Virus record (IMG/VR): IMGVR_UViG_3300024978_000007
Direction: 5' to 3' (one strand)
DNA length: 64,000 nt
From: a virus
Made by a program: the position numbers and the translations under genes. A model generated the notes under the pieces. That model was given only the letters and a program-made list of their open reading frames with translations. It was not told the DNA's origin and did no database searches. Positions within the stretch are counted from its first letter, which is position 1. Every line of letters starts with the position of its first letter. Shown here in pieces: positions 1 through 8,575 of this stretch.

Positions 1-141
1 GCATGCCATGACCCGCAGCATCCGCGATGGCTTTGGCGACACGATCCACCACATCCTCGGCCACCCTTTCCTGCCCTGACGCATAAGCCCGCTCGCGAAT
101 CGGCGTCTCCGGCTGCGGGCAGTTTTCAATGGGCGTCGTCA

Positions 142-1062
142 TCACGCATCCCCCGGCCGCGGCAGCCCGAACACCTCAGCCAGCTGCTCCAGCAGGCGGC
201 GCAGTTCGGTGGTCATCAGGAACAGGGCGGCGGCGGCTTCGTCGTGGGCGTCCTGCAGGCTGTCGCCCAGCGTGTCCAGCACCACGTCGAGGAAGCGCAG
301 CTTGTGCAGCACCAGGTCTTCGCCCAGCACGAAGCTGATACGGTCGTCGTAGACCAGGCCCAGCTTGAACACCTGCTTGCCGCTGCGCAGGTGTTCCTTG
401 ACCTCCTCGGCGTCCATGTCCTGCCGGCGGGCACGGATGACGGCGCCTGCGGCGGTGGCGGGGTCGCGCAGTTCGCACTCGTCGCCCAGGGCGAAGCCGG
501 CCGGCAGGCGGCCGGTGGCCAGCCAGTCGGTCAGCAGCACGCGCGGGCCTTCCTCCGGTGCCGGCGGCACGGCGGGGAAGCTGCCCAGCGCCTCGCGCCA
601 GCAGGTGAGCACGGTGTCGGCCTGCTTGCGGCTGGCGGTGTCGATCACCAGCCAGCCGTTGGCAATGTCGGCATAGGCGGCGGTGCGCGAGCTGCGCACG
701 AAGGCGCGCGGCAGCAGCTCGGTCAGCAGATCCTCGCGGATGCGCTTGCGCTCGCGGCCGCCGACGTTGCGGCCTTCCTGCTCGGTGATCTGGCGCACCT
801 TGCGCTGCAGGGCATCGGTGAGCACGGCGGGTGGCAGCAGTTTGTCTTCGCCGCCCAGCATGGCCAGCGTGCAGCCGTTCTCGGTGAGCGTGAGGCTATC
901 CCAGCCGTCAGCGCGCCCCACCGGCGGCACGAAGCCGCGGGTGAACAGCTCCAGCGGGCCGCAGGGGCGCAGGCGACGGTCGTCCAGCGCCTCGTCCAGG
1001 CGCTGCAGGTCGTCGGCCACGGCGGGCGAGAATCGGAACAGGGTGAGGTTGCGGAAGAACAT
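142..1062 (-). CDS. rdgC: Recombination-associated protein RdgC
   Basis: MFFRNLTLFRF N-terminus, EDKLLPPAV and GKQVFKLGLVYDDRISFVLGEDLVLHKLRF motifs; 306 aa. Confidence 0.9.
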   Translation of the reverse strand: MFFRNLTLFRFSPAVADDLQRLDEALDDRRLRPCGPLELFTRGFVPPVGRADGWDSLTLTENGCTLAMLGGEDKLLPPAVLTDALQRKVRQITEQEGRNVGGRERKRIREDLLTELLPRAFVRSSRTAAYADIANGWLVIDTASRKQADTVLTCWREALGSFPAVPPAPEEGPRVLLTDWLATGRLPAGFALGDECELRDPATAAGAVIRARRQDMDAEEVKEHLRSGKQVFKLGLVYDDRISFVLGEDLVLHKLRFLDVVLDTLGDSLQDAHDEAAAALFLMTTELRRLLEQLAEVFGLPRPGDA

Positions 1063-1065
1063 GGC

Positions 1066-1311
1066 TCAGCCCCTCCGCAGGTTGGCAGCGCGGCGCCGCC
1101 GGCGTGCGGTCTTGCCGGCCGGCGGGCGGGTGGTGCGCACGTGCTGGAATGGCTTGCGGGCGCCGGTGCGGTCCCTGCCCTTGCCGCGCCTGTCGCGGCG
1201 GCCGGTAGTGGTGTGGGCTTGTTCGGTAGGCAGGCGCGGCAGGGGCGCGGCGTTGCTCATCAGCGACAACGCCATGGCGACCAGGTGGGATAGCGGGGTG
1301 CGTTTGTGCAT
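1066..1311 (-). CDS. Hypothetical basic protein
   Basis: AGGA RBS-like motif before the ATG; fills the gap in the operon. Confidence 0.5.
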   Translation of the reverse strand: MHKRTPLSHLVAMALSLMSNAAPLPRLPTEQAHTTTGRRDRRGKGRDRTGARKPFQHVRTTRPPAGKTARRRRRAANLRRG

Positions 1312-1334
1312 GGTGGGTTCCTAAGCGGTAGTGG

Positions 1335-1580
1335 TCAGGCGCGCTTGCCGGCGCGGCGGTGGTGGATAAGGTGGTACTCGGCCACGCGCACGATGTGCCG
1401 GCGGCGGTCGCGCACCTTGACCATCTGCATGCCGATGGCGATGCCGTGGTCGGTTTTCAGCTCGTGCATGCGGGCGCTCACGCAGATCACGCCGCAGCGG
1501 CGAATCAGGTGCATGGTGGTGGCCGGGCCTCGTCGCAGCTCGGCAAGGATGGCCTCGTGCTGGGGGCTGAGTTGGGACAT
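1335..1580 (-). CDS. Small winged-helix DNA-binding protein
   Basis: ILAELRRGPATT...GVICVSARMHELK pattern; GGAGG RBS upstream. Confidence 0.6.
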   Translation of the reverse strand: MSQLSPQHEAILAELRRGPATTMHLIRRCGVICVSARMHELKTDHGIAIGMQMVKVRDRRRHIVRVAEYHLIHHRRAGKRA

Positions 1581-1582
1581 GC

Positions 1583-1819
1583 TCAGTCCTCCCACGCGAT
1601 GCAGCTGGGCGTGCGGCACTGGCCCTTGCTGTGCACGATGGCGCCGGCCTCGTCGTACTCCACCTGCACGCTGCAGCGCGAGCCGCAGGCGGTGCAGCGG
1701 TAGCTGCCGCTGGTGGCGCTGTAGCGACTGGCCAGGCGCAGCACGTTGCGCTTGGCGGCCTTGCCGGCGACGCTGTCCATGATCGCCGGCGGCACGAACA
1801 TTTCAGCGGGCGCGAGCAT
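1583..1819 (-). CDS. Hypothetical Cys-rich (zinc-ribbon-like) protein
   Basis: CTAC and CRTPSC pairs; GGAGG RBS. Confidence 0.55.
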   Translation of the reverse strand: MLAPAEMFVPPAIMDSVAGKAAKRNVLRLASRYSATSGSYRCTACGSRCSVQVEYDEAGAIVHSKGQCRTPSCIAWED

Positions 1820-2090
1820 GGAGGGCCTCCTCGGTGGACTGGTTGAGCGCGGCCAGCAGCGCGTCGGCGTAGCGCACGGCGCGCGTGGCGTAGATGTCGG
1901 CGTTGCTGGTGCTTTGGGTGGTGGCGGGGCTGGCGGCGAGCAGGCCCTGCAGGGCAGCCTTGGCCGTCTCGTAGCGCATGCGGTCGATCACGGTCATGGC
2001 CGATTCGCGGAACGCCGTGACATCCTCCGGGCACTCCGGCATCGGCGACATGGCGGCGGCGAGTGCCCGTGGCAGGTATCCATTCGTCAT
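1803..2090 (-). CDS. Hypothetical phage protein
   Basis: AKAALQGLLA...AVRYADALLAAL motif common in phage early genes; ATGA overlap with the upstream gene. Confidence 0.6.
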   Translation of the reverse strand: MTNGYLPRALAAAMSPMPECPEDVTAFRESAMTVIDRMRYETAKAALQGLLAASPATTQSTSNADIYATRAVRYADALLAALNQSTEEALHARAR

Positions 2091-2575
2091 CGCTGCGCCC
2101 TCCCCTTCGCCGCGCGCATCGGCCGCACGTTGTCGCGGCGCGGGGCCAGCGGCAGCGGCAGGGTTTCGCCCAGCTCGCCCCAGGCGCGCACGGCGTCGGG
2201 CAGGCTGGCGCACCAGCCGGTGCAGCGGCGGCACGGGCACTCGAGCTGATGGCGGTCGGCGATCACGGCGAACTGCACGCCCTCGCGCTGGGTGCTGCCG
2301 CTGGCCACGTAGTGGCGCGGCTCGGTCTTGCAGGTGCCACAGGCGGCGAAGGTGCCGCGCGGGTGGGTGATCTGGCGCTGTTTCATGGGCAGGTGCACTC
2401 CTCTGATGGTTCGCGCCGCGGCGAGCCAGCGATAAGCGGTGGGTCTGGAAACCGGGAAGCGATCGCACACGTCGTCGACGGACGGCATCACGTGCTGGTC
2501 ACTCATCCAGAAGGCGAAGCGCAGCATCTTCTCGACCAGCGCGTCGCGGTTCTTGGTGCGCGTGCGCGGCGTCAT
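2087..2575 (-). CDS. HTH plus zinc-finger protein (possible fusion)
   Basis: N-terminal VSRPTAYRW helix-turn-helix; C-terminal CGTC...CPC..C. Confidence 0.55.
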   Translation of the reverse strand: MTPRTRTKNRDALVEKMLRFAFWMSDQHVMPSVDDVCDRFPVSRPTAYRWLAAARTIRGVHLPMKQRQITHPRGTFAACGTCKTEPRHYVASGSTQREGVQFAVIADRHQLECPCRRCTGWCASLPDAVRAWGELGETLPLPLAPRRDNVRPMRAAKGRAQR

Positions 2576-2982
2576 CGGCCCACCTCGCGCACCGGTTCGG
2601 GCTCGTCGTCGATCAGCTTCATCAGCTCGCGGCCGAGCGGGGACAGGCGCAGGCACTTGTCGCCGTCATCGCACAGGCAGTGCTCGCCGCAGCCGCCGTC
2701 CGGCGCGTCGAACGGCTCCAGCAGCTCGCTCTCCAGCGCGTATTCCTCGGCATCGGCGCCGTCGATATCGCAGCCGCCATCCGTGCGCGCAGCGGCCAGC
2801 ATCCGCGCCGCGTAGCGCGCCACGCCTTCGCTGTAGGGGATGCGCAGCGCGGCGGCCAGCTGCTGAAACAGCACCAGCGCCTTTTCGTGCGGCAGGAAGT
2901 TGTAGCCGGCGCCCACGTAGACGGCGATGCGGCCATCGGGTTGGCGCTCGGCGAGCGGGCGGAAGGTGGTGGGCGCGTTCAT
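2572..2982 (-). CDS. Hypothetical protein
   Basis: Coupled by ATGA overlaps on both sides. Confidence 0.55.
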   Translation of the reverse strand: MNAPTTFRPLAERQPDGRIAVYVGAGYNFLPHEKALVLFQQLAAALRIPYSEGVARYAARMLAAARTDGGCDIDGADAEEYALESELLEPFDAPDGGCGEHCLCDDGDKCLRLSPLGRELMKLIDDEPEPVREVGR

Positions 2983-3323
2983 GCCAACTTGCCATGGTGG
3001 CGCTTGAGCCACTCACCAAACTCTGTGCCAGAGTCCGCGGCGAGGAAGTCTCGATAGCGCTTCGACGACCGGGTGAGCTGCGGCGGCTTCGGGCTGTGCT
3101 GCTCCATGTACGCGATGCCTGCCGGCGTCACCTGAAAAAGGTCGTCGCCGCCCGTCAATGCGTTGCCGGTATGGCGCGTCATCAGCCCTCGGATCACCAG
3201 GTCGACGCACTGGTCGTAATCCTTCGAACCCGGCCCGGTGACGAAATGGTTGCGGTAACGCTCACCCTGGCCGAACTGGTCGACGCCGAGGCTGTGTTGC
3301 AGGATGTGCAGATCGTGGTTCAT
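2979..3323 (-). CDS. Conserved hypothetical phage protein
   Basis: ILQHSLG..YRNHFVT...TRSSKRYRDFL..D...FGEWL pattern; GGAGGG RBS. Confidence 0.65.
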   Translation of the reverse strand: MNHDLHILQHSLGVDQFGQGERYRNHFVTGPGSKDYDQCVDLVIRGLMTRHTGNALTGGDDLFQVTPAGIAYMEQHSPKPPQLTRSSKRYRDFLAADSGTEFGEWLKRHHGKLA

Positions 3324-4285
3324 CCCACCCTCCTCACGGCATCCAGATCCGCGTGCTCGCGCAGCACGTGGCGCACCACGGCGGCGGCTTGCGCGCCGTA
3401 GACATTGGCGGTGGTGGATTTCTTGGCGTGGCGGGCCAGGTGCTGGCCGGCTTCCAGGCCCAGGGTTTCCACCACGTCGCCCACGCGGCGGTGGCGCAGC
3501 AGTTGCGGGTTGAGGTGGGCGATGCCGGCGGCGGCGCCCAGGGTGCGGATGCGGTTGTAGGCCTGCTGGCGGGTGATGCGGGTGCCGCGGTTGCTCACGA
3601 ACATGGCCTGCTCGCGCTCGGCCGCCATCGCCGGGCGCACGGCCAGCCAGTCGGCCAGCCACGCCACGCTGCGCGCGTTGATCGGCACCACGGCCGGCTT
3701 GCCGCCCTTGCCCACCATGCACAGCTCGCCGCGCGCCAGATCCACGCTGTTGCGCGGGCGATACACCGGGCCGGGCAGGTCCAGCGCGGTGGCATCGCTT
3801 ACGCGCAGCGCGCCATCCAGCATCAGGCGCATCATGGCGCGGTCGCGCAGTTGCATCGGCGTGCGCGTGGGCAGGGTTTCCAGCAGCGCCATCAGCGGCG
3901 CCAGCTCCGGCGCGATCTGCGGCAGCGCCACGAAACGCACGTCGCTGTCTTTCGTCGGGTCGTGGTGCAGCCAGCCCTCGCGGTTGGCGTGCGCCACCAG
4001 TTGGCGCAGCACCACCAGCTTGCGCGCCTGGCTGCGCGGGGAAAGCCCGCGGTGGCCCAGCCGATCCAGCCAGCGTTCCACCAGGCGTTCGCCCAGCAGG
4101 CCGATCAGCTCCACGCCCTGCAGCGCGGCAAACTCGGCGAAGTCGTGCAGGTCGCCGCCGTAGGCCACCAGCGTGTTGATCGCCGCGCCGCGCAGGCGCT
4201 TGCGCTGCAGGTAGTGTTCGATCGCCTGCGCCATCGTCACGGGCGCCACGGCGTGGCCGGCCAGGGTGATGAGGTTGGCGGTCAT
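3320..4285 (-). CDS. XerD-like tyrosine recombinase 1 (degenerate HxxR motif)
   Basis: NTLVAYGGDL, RDRAMMRLMLDGALRVSD, GKGGK, ITRQQAYNRI, NPQLLRH, RHAKKSTTANVY. Confidence 0.88.
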   Translation of the reverse strand: MTANLITLAGHAVAPVTMAQAIEHYLQRKRLRGAAINTLVAYGGDLHDFAEFAALQGVELIGLLGERLVERWLDRLGHRGLSPRSQARKLVVLRQLVAHANREGWLHHDPTKDSDVRFVALPQIAPELAPLMALLETLPTRTPMQLRDRAMMRLMLDGALRVSDATALDLPGPVYRPRNSVDLARGELCMVGKGGKPAVVPINARSVAWLADWLAVRPAMAAEREQAMFVSNRGTRITRQQAYNRIRTLGAAAGIAHLNPQLLRHRRVGDVVETLGLEAGQHLARHAKKSTTANVYGAQAAAVVRHVLREHADLDAVRRVG

Positions 4286-4494
4286 GGCTGGTCCTCGCCG
4301 GTGGTGTCGGCAGGCATGTCGCTGCGGTCGATCCATTCCATGAGCCGCGCGGTCAGCCAGTAGCAGAGGCTGGCAAGCCCGATAAGGAAGGCGAACAGGC
4401 AGAGCAGGACCAGGGCGGCCACCCAGCCGCCGACGCAGTACATCGCGGCGGTGTAGCCGACCAGGGCGAGCGGGATCAGCGTGCGGGTCTTCAT
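4282..4494 (-). CDS. Small membrane protein
   Basis: Long hydrophobic stretch; overlap-coupled. Confidence 0.55.
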   Translation of the reverse strand: MKTRTLIPLALVGYTAAMYCVGGWVAALVLLCLFAFLIGLASLCYWLTARLMEWIDRSDMPADTTGEDQP

Positions 4495-4784
4495 GCGCCA
4501 CCGCCCGCGCGCTGCAGCGTCTCTTTCAGGGCCACCATGGCGCGCTCGCACTCCAGTCGCTCGGCGGCGCCGAAACCGTAGGTGGTGCCTAGTTTCTCGA
4601 AGGCCTTGATGACGCGGTTTCCCGCTGCCACCAGTTCATCGGCCAGGCCCAAGCTATCGGCGGCACCCTGCAGATGCATTTCGCACAAGCCGGCATGACC
4701 AGGTGCTTCCATGGCCCGGAACTGCTTGGCCGACTCACTCAGCGCGTGTTGGCAGCCTTCGATCGTCGTTCGTAGCGTCGTCAT
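4491..4784 (-). CDS. Hypothetical protein
   Basis: Overlap-coupled 97-aa ORF. Confidence 0.55.
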   Translation of the reverse strand: MTTLRTTIEGCQHALSESAKQFRAMEAPGHAGLCEMHLQGAADSLGLADELVAAGNRVIKAFEKLGTTYGFGAAERLECERAMVALKETLQRAGGGA

Positions 4785-4915
4785 CGGGCACCGCCCAAGC
4801 TGACCACGATCAGCGCGACGAGCAGCAGAAGGCAGGCGACGACGGCGAAGCCGGCGCCCAAGGGCAGCAGCTCGGCCGGCGGCGCGCCGTGGCGGCGTTC
4901 CGTGCGGCCGCTCAC
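4781..4915 (-). CDS. Small membrane peptide
   Basis: GTGA overlap start; hydrophobic C-terminus. Confidence 0.4.
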   Translation of the reverse strand: MSGRTERRHGAPPAELLPLGAGFAVVACLLLLVALIVVSLGGAR

Positions 4916-5103
4916 GACGCCACCGCCCGCAGCTGTTGCTGCAGCGAGTGCCACAGGCGGCGTGCGGCCTGCTCGGCCTGCGCCTGGTTGTTGAACAGGT
5001 TGCCGGTGCGGGCTTTCAGCGCGCCGCTGGTGCCGATCACCTGGCCGCGCCATAAGCCGCCCTCGCGCTCGCCGTGGAAATAGACGTCCATGGGTTTTTT
5101 CAT
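4912..5103 (-). CDS. Hypothetical protein
   Basis: ATGA-coupled ORF beginning MKKPMDVYF. Confidence 0.5.
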   Translation of the reverse strand: MKKPMDVYFHGEREGGLWRGQVIGTSGALKARTGNLFNNQAQAEQAARRLWHSLQQQLRAVAS

Positions 5104-5387
5104 GCGCGTGCTCCCGGCGCGTACCAGGCGGGTCGGAACCGTTCGCCGGCCAGGTCGCCCGCCATCAGCCACAGCGCCGGCACGGCCAACACCTTGGCCA
5201 TGGCGCCGATCTGCAGCGGGTCCGGCGGCGTGCTGCCGCCCATTTCCAGCGAGGCCAGCCGTTTGGGGGTGATGCCGGCGGCGGTGGCCAGATCCTCCGG
5301 CGCCATCCGGGCGTGCTCGCGCGAGGCGCGCAGGCGCTGGGCGAAGCTGTCCGCGTGGGCGTTGTGCTGGCGGGTCTCGGCGCGCAT
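5100..5387 (-). CDS. XRE-family HTH regulator
   Basis: FAQRLRASRE..RMAPEDLATAAGITPKRLASLEMG...MAKVLAVPALWL. Confidence 0.8.
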   Translation of the reverse strand: MRAETRQHNAHADSFAQRLRASREHARMAPEDLATAAGITPKRLASLEMGGSTPPDPLQIGAMAKVLAVPALWLMAGDLAGERFRPAWYAPGARA

Positions 5388-5833
5388 CAGGCGAGCCTCC
5401 CGCGCGTGCTGGCTTCGCCCGCGATCATCAGCAGGTCGAACACCGCGTCGCCCACGCTCAGCTTCCAGCCGGGCAGCTCCAGGTTCTTCAGCGTGCCGGG
5501 AAACTCCCGGAACGCCGCCACCGCAGCGGCCTGCGCGCCCTTGGGCGTGATCACCGTGCACACCGGCATTTCGCGCGAGCCCTCGCGCCACAGCGTCACC
5601 GCATAGCTGCGCATGGCGCCGTGCGCCTGCACCATCTTGTGCAGCATGCCGCGCGTGCAGCCCAGGTCCGCCGCCACCGATTTCAGGGTGGCCTTGATCC
5701 GCTTTGCCGCGGCTACCGCTTCGGCGGCTTCCGCGCAGCGTTCCGGCGTGGCCGGCCCCACGTACAGGGGGGGGGTCTGGCGGCGCGTGGTGGTGGCCGC
5801 GTCGATGGCCGGGTGGGTGATGGGCGCTTCCAT
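5387..5833 (-). CDS. Hypothetical protein with HTH-like segment
   Basis: TLKSVAADLGCTRGML; TGATG-coupled. Confidence 0.5.
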   Translation of the reverse strand: MEAPITHPAIDAATTTRRQTPPLYVGPATPERCAEAAEAVAAAKRIKATLKSVAADLGCTRGMLHKMVQAHGAMRSYAVTLWREGSREMPVCTVITPKGAQAAAVAAFREFPGTLKNLELPGWKLSVGDAVFDLLMIAGEASTRGRLA

Positions 5834-6003
5834 CAGCGCGCCCTCCCCTGCTTGGCCAGGCCGCCGAGGATCAGCGGATAGCCGGGGCGGTGCAGGCGCA
5901 GCGCGTCGATCAGGCGCAGCGGCATGCAGGGATACCAGCGGAGCAGCGCGCACTGCGCGGCGGCCAGTTGGCGGCGGCGCGGCGGTTGGGTTACAGTGGG
6001 CAT
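5833..6003 (-). CDS. Small hypothetical protein
   Basis: TAGGAG RBS, starts MPTVTQ, stop overlaps the next ATG. Confidence 0.45.
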   Translation of the reverse strand: MPTVTQPPRRRQLAAAQCALLRWYPCMPLRLIDALRLHRPGYPLILGGLAKQGRAR

Positions 6004-6036
6004 GTCTTCCGTACTCCTAAGCGCGGTGGGCAAACC

Positions 6037-6075
6037 GAACGCCTGGGGTTGCCGCCCCGGGCGTTCTTCGTTTTT
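6037..6075 (+). terminator. Intrinsic terminator-like hairpin facing the antisense direction
   Basis: GAACGCCTGGGG-ttgccg-CCCCGGGCGTTC followed by TTCGTTTTT. Confidence 0.55.
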
Positions 6076-6089
6076 GGCAGCAGACGCTG

Positions 6090-6172
6090 CGCTGATGGCC
6101 CGGCGATGGGCGTTGCAACCCACAGGAAAGGGAGAGCCGTCCCGCCCTGTCTTTATCGCCAGGCCATCAGCG
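6090..6172 (-). ncRNA. Candidate structured small RNA (C4/CI-like architecture)
   Basis: 18-bp closing stem (6090-6107 with 6155-6172); its single mismatch is G-U on the minus strand. Two internal hairpins; intergenic. Confidence 0.5.
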
Positions 6173-6185
6173 AAACGTCCGGCGG

Positions 6186-6425
6186 TCATTGCATGTAGTC
6201 CTCGACGCGGATGCCGGCGATCGCATCGTTGAGCGAGCCGCGCGGCAGGCCGTAGGTTTCGCGCGCCGCCGCCATGGACACCAACGACCGCCGCGCGGCG
6301 CGCCAGCGGTACACCGCCGCCAGCCGCGGGCGGCCTTCGCGCTGGGCGGTGTCGGCCAGCACCTGCAGCTCCTGACAGGCATCCGCTGCTTCCGCCATGC
6401 GCTTGAAGCTGCGCCCGCGCATCAC
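6186..6425 (-). CDS. Hypothetical protein
   Basis: Overlaps the stop of the cII-like gene. Confidence 0.45.
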   Translation of the reverse strand: MMRGRSFKRMAEAADACQELQVLADTAQREGRPRLAAVYRWRAARRSLVSMAAARETYGLPRGSLNDAIAGIRVEDYMQ

Positions 6426-6991
6426 TTCACGCTCCGCAGCGGCTGGCTGTCGCCCAGCACGTGCTGGTGGATGCTGCTTTTGAGCGTCACGGCGTAGGCC
6501 TGCAACGCGTCCAGTTCGGCCAGCGCGGCGCTGGCGTGCGCGGCATCGCCGGCATCCATGCGGCCGTCGTCCAGCATCGGCGCCAGGCGGTTCACGGTGT
6601 CGCCCAGGTGGCGCAGCAGTTCGCCCAGCTGCTGTTGCTGGCCGGCGGGCGTGGGTTGCGGCTGCGGCGCGGCCAGCAGGCCCAGGCGGTGGCTCAGGTC
6701 CGCCAGCAGGTGGCTGCGGTACGGCTGCGGCAGCGCGAGGATCAGCGCCTCCTCGATGTCCACCGCCATGCGCACGCGGCCGTCCAGCATGCGCTTCACC
6801 GTCTGCCGGTTGGCCTCGCTGTCGGCGTACGGGTCGGCGCTGCTGGCAAAGGTCACGCTGCGCGCGTGCAGCGCGGTGCGCTCGTGGTACAGGTCCGCCA
6901 CCGTCTGCGCGTAGGTGCGCTCGGTGAGCGCGCTGCGGCTGATGGCCAGCAGCACGTGCTCGGCAATGAGCTGGCTGCGCGACTCACGCAT
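6422..6991 (-). CDS. CII-like phage regulatory protein
   Basis: Lies downstream of the cro genes; EEALILALPQPYRSHLLADL...GELLRHLGD helical pattern. Confidence 0.5.
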   Translation of the reverse strand: MRESRSQLIAEHVLLAISRSALTERTYAQTVADLYHERTALHARSVTFASSADPYADSEANRQTVKRMLDGRVRMAVDIEEALILALPQPYRSHLLADLSHRLGLLAAPQPQPTPAGQQQQLGELLRHLGDTVNRLAPMLDDGRMDAGDAAHASAALAELDALQAYAVTLKSSIHQHVLGDSQPLRSVK

Positions 6992-7289
6992 GGCCGTGCA
7001 CCCCGTGCACCAGCGCCAGGTCCATCGCCATGTCGGCGCTGGCCGCTTCAAAGGCATCGCACACCAGGTCCGGCGCGGTGCCCAGGCGGTAGGCGCGCTG
7101 GGTGAGCATCTCGGCGATGATCGCGTGCACGCCCTCCACCGTGGCCACGCCCTCGCGGCGGATCCGCGCATTGAGCGCGCGCAGGGTCATGGCCTCGTGC
7201 GCGGTGGCGTGGGTCAGGCGGGCGAAGGCGCGGCGCTGGGCCTCGTTCATCGGCGGCATGCCGTCCGCTTCCAGCTGCAGTTCAGACAT
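6984..7289 (-). CDS. Hypothetical protein
   Basis: GGAGG RBS; overlaps the serine recombinase stop. Confidence 0.55.
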   Translation of the reverse strand: MSELQLEADGMPPMNEAQRRAFARLTHATAHEAMTLRALNARIRREGVATVEGVHAIIAEMLTQRAYRLGTAPDLVCDAFEAASADMAMDLALVHGVHGHA

Positions 7290-8061
7290 GGGCTGAAACC
7301 TCCGGGTCAGGCGTGGCGGTGGCGCCGGTGGCAAGCTGAGCCATCGGTAACTTGCGGAGCGTTTCGTGATGGGTGCGCAGTTCGCGCAGGGTGTTCGGGC
7401 TCCAGCGCGGCCGGCCGGTGGGGCTGGGGATGGCACGTCCGTTCAGCATGTCCGCGACGCGGCGCAGGCTGATGCCGTGCTTCAGGTCATCCACCACGTC
7501 ATCGCGCACCGGCCACGTTTCCGGGTCGCGCAGCAACAGGCGTTCCGCCTGGTCGCCCTCGCCCACCGTGATGGACGTGCAGCCGAACGGCACGTGGCCG
7601 TATACCCTGCCCTGCTCGCGCAGCGCGGCGTTGCACTCGGTGGCGCGCTGCACGGCCAGGTCGCGCTCGTACTGCGCGGCCGCCAACTGGATGGTCAGGC
7701 TGAGCTTGCCGGCCGGCGTGCTGGAGTCGATCAGCTCGCTGATGCTGTGCACGGTGGCGCCGGTGCGCTCGGCCGTGCGGAAGAACGTGAGGCCGTCCAG
7801 CGCATCGCGGAACAGGCGGTCCAGGCGGATCACCACCACGCCCTGCGCGGTGCCGGCTTTCAGCGCGTCCAACACCTGCCGGCCCCCTGCCCGCTTGGCC
7901 AGCGGCACGCTGGCACTCACGCCTTCGTCGGCGATCGCGTCCACCAGCGTGTGGCCGTGCAGGTCGCAATAGGCGATCAGGCGCGCGGTCTGCTGGCCCA
8001 GGCTCACGCCGTCCTTGGCCTGCTCCTCGGTGGAGACGCGGATGTAGCCGACGAGCTTCAT
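7282..8061 (-). CDS. Serine site-specific recombinase (resolvase domain plus short recombinase domain)
   Basis: GYIRVSTEEQ (catalytic Ser), DEGVSA, VVVIRLDRLFR, GRVYGHVPFG, SLRRVADMLNGRAIPSPTGRPRWS. Confidence 0.92.
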   Translation of the reverse strand: MKLVGYIRVSTEEQAKDGVSLGQQTARLIAYCDLHGHTLVDAIADEGVSASVPLAKRAGGRQVLDALKAGTAQGVVVIRLDRLFRDALDGLTFFRTAERTGATVHSISELIDSSTPAGKLSLTIQLAAAQYERDLAVQRATECNAALREQGRVYGHVPFGCTSITVGEGDQAERLLLRDPETWPVRDDVVDDLKHGISLRRVADMLNGRAIPSPTGRPRWSPNTLRELRTHHETLRKLPMAQLATGATATPDPEVSAHV

Positions 8062-8354
8062 GCGGCTGCCCATATGCGTGGAATGGAAACGCGCCGGGCA
8101 AAGGCGCCAGTGGGCAGCCCAACATCCAGCGTGCGCCGCGGTGCACGCGCCGCCGCAGGAAAAATGTCCTCGATGTCGATATTGGGGAGCAGCTTGGTGA
8201 TCGCGATCGCGCGCCGCGGCGACGGATGGTTGCGGTTGCATTCCCAGTCCGAAACGGCCTGCTTGGTCACGCCCAGCAGATCGGCAAGCGCCTGTTGCGT
8301 GAGGTTGGCGGCTTCCCGCGCATCGCGCAGGGCGGCGTTGGGCAAGGATTTCAT
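8058..8354 (-). CDS. Cro-like HTH protein 2
   Basis: LRDAREAANLTQQALADLLGVTKQAVSDWE. Confidence 0.85.
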   Translation of the reverse strand: MKSLPNAALRDAREAANLTQQALADLLGVTKQAVSDWECNRNHPSPRRAIAITKLLPNIDIEDIFPAAARAPRRTLDVGLPTGAFARRVSIPRIWAAA

Positions 8355-8575
8355 GCGGCCGCCCTGCCCGACTCGGTCGGATAGATATGCTCGATCTTGA
8401 GTCCCGGCAGCAGGCGGATCAGCGCCAGCGCCTTGCGCGGCGCCGGTTCGTCCGTGCCTGTCTCCCACCGCGACACCGCTCCCTTGCTGACGCCAAGGGC
8501 ATCGGCGACGTTCTGCTGCGTGAGGCTTTTGCGCAGGCGCGCCTCTTTGATCGGATTGGGTTTCGCTGTGCTCAT
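8351..8575 (-). CDS. Cro-like HTH protein 1
   Basis: IKEARLRKSLTQQNVADALGVSKGAVSRWE; divergent from the repressor. Confidence 0.85.
   Translation of the reverse strand: MSTAKPNPIKEARLRKSLTQQNVADALGVSKGAVSRWETGTDEPAPRKALALIRLLPGLKIEHIYPTESGRAAA

Noticed and set aside
6105-6112. Shared 8-mer GATGGGCG with 33076-33083 as an antisense link between the two RNA elements
   Set aside because: A GC-rich 8-mer is expected by chance in this genome, and the repeated TTTAGCAG targets have no complement in this RNA.
6090-6172. tRNA gene
   Set aside because: No T-loop (TTCGA), D-loop or anticodon arm; the closing stem is too long.
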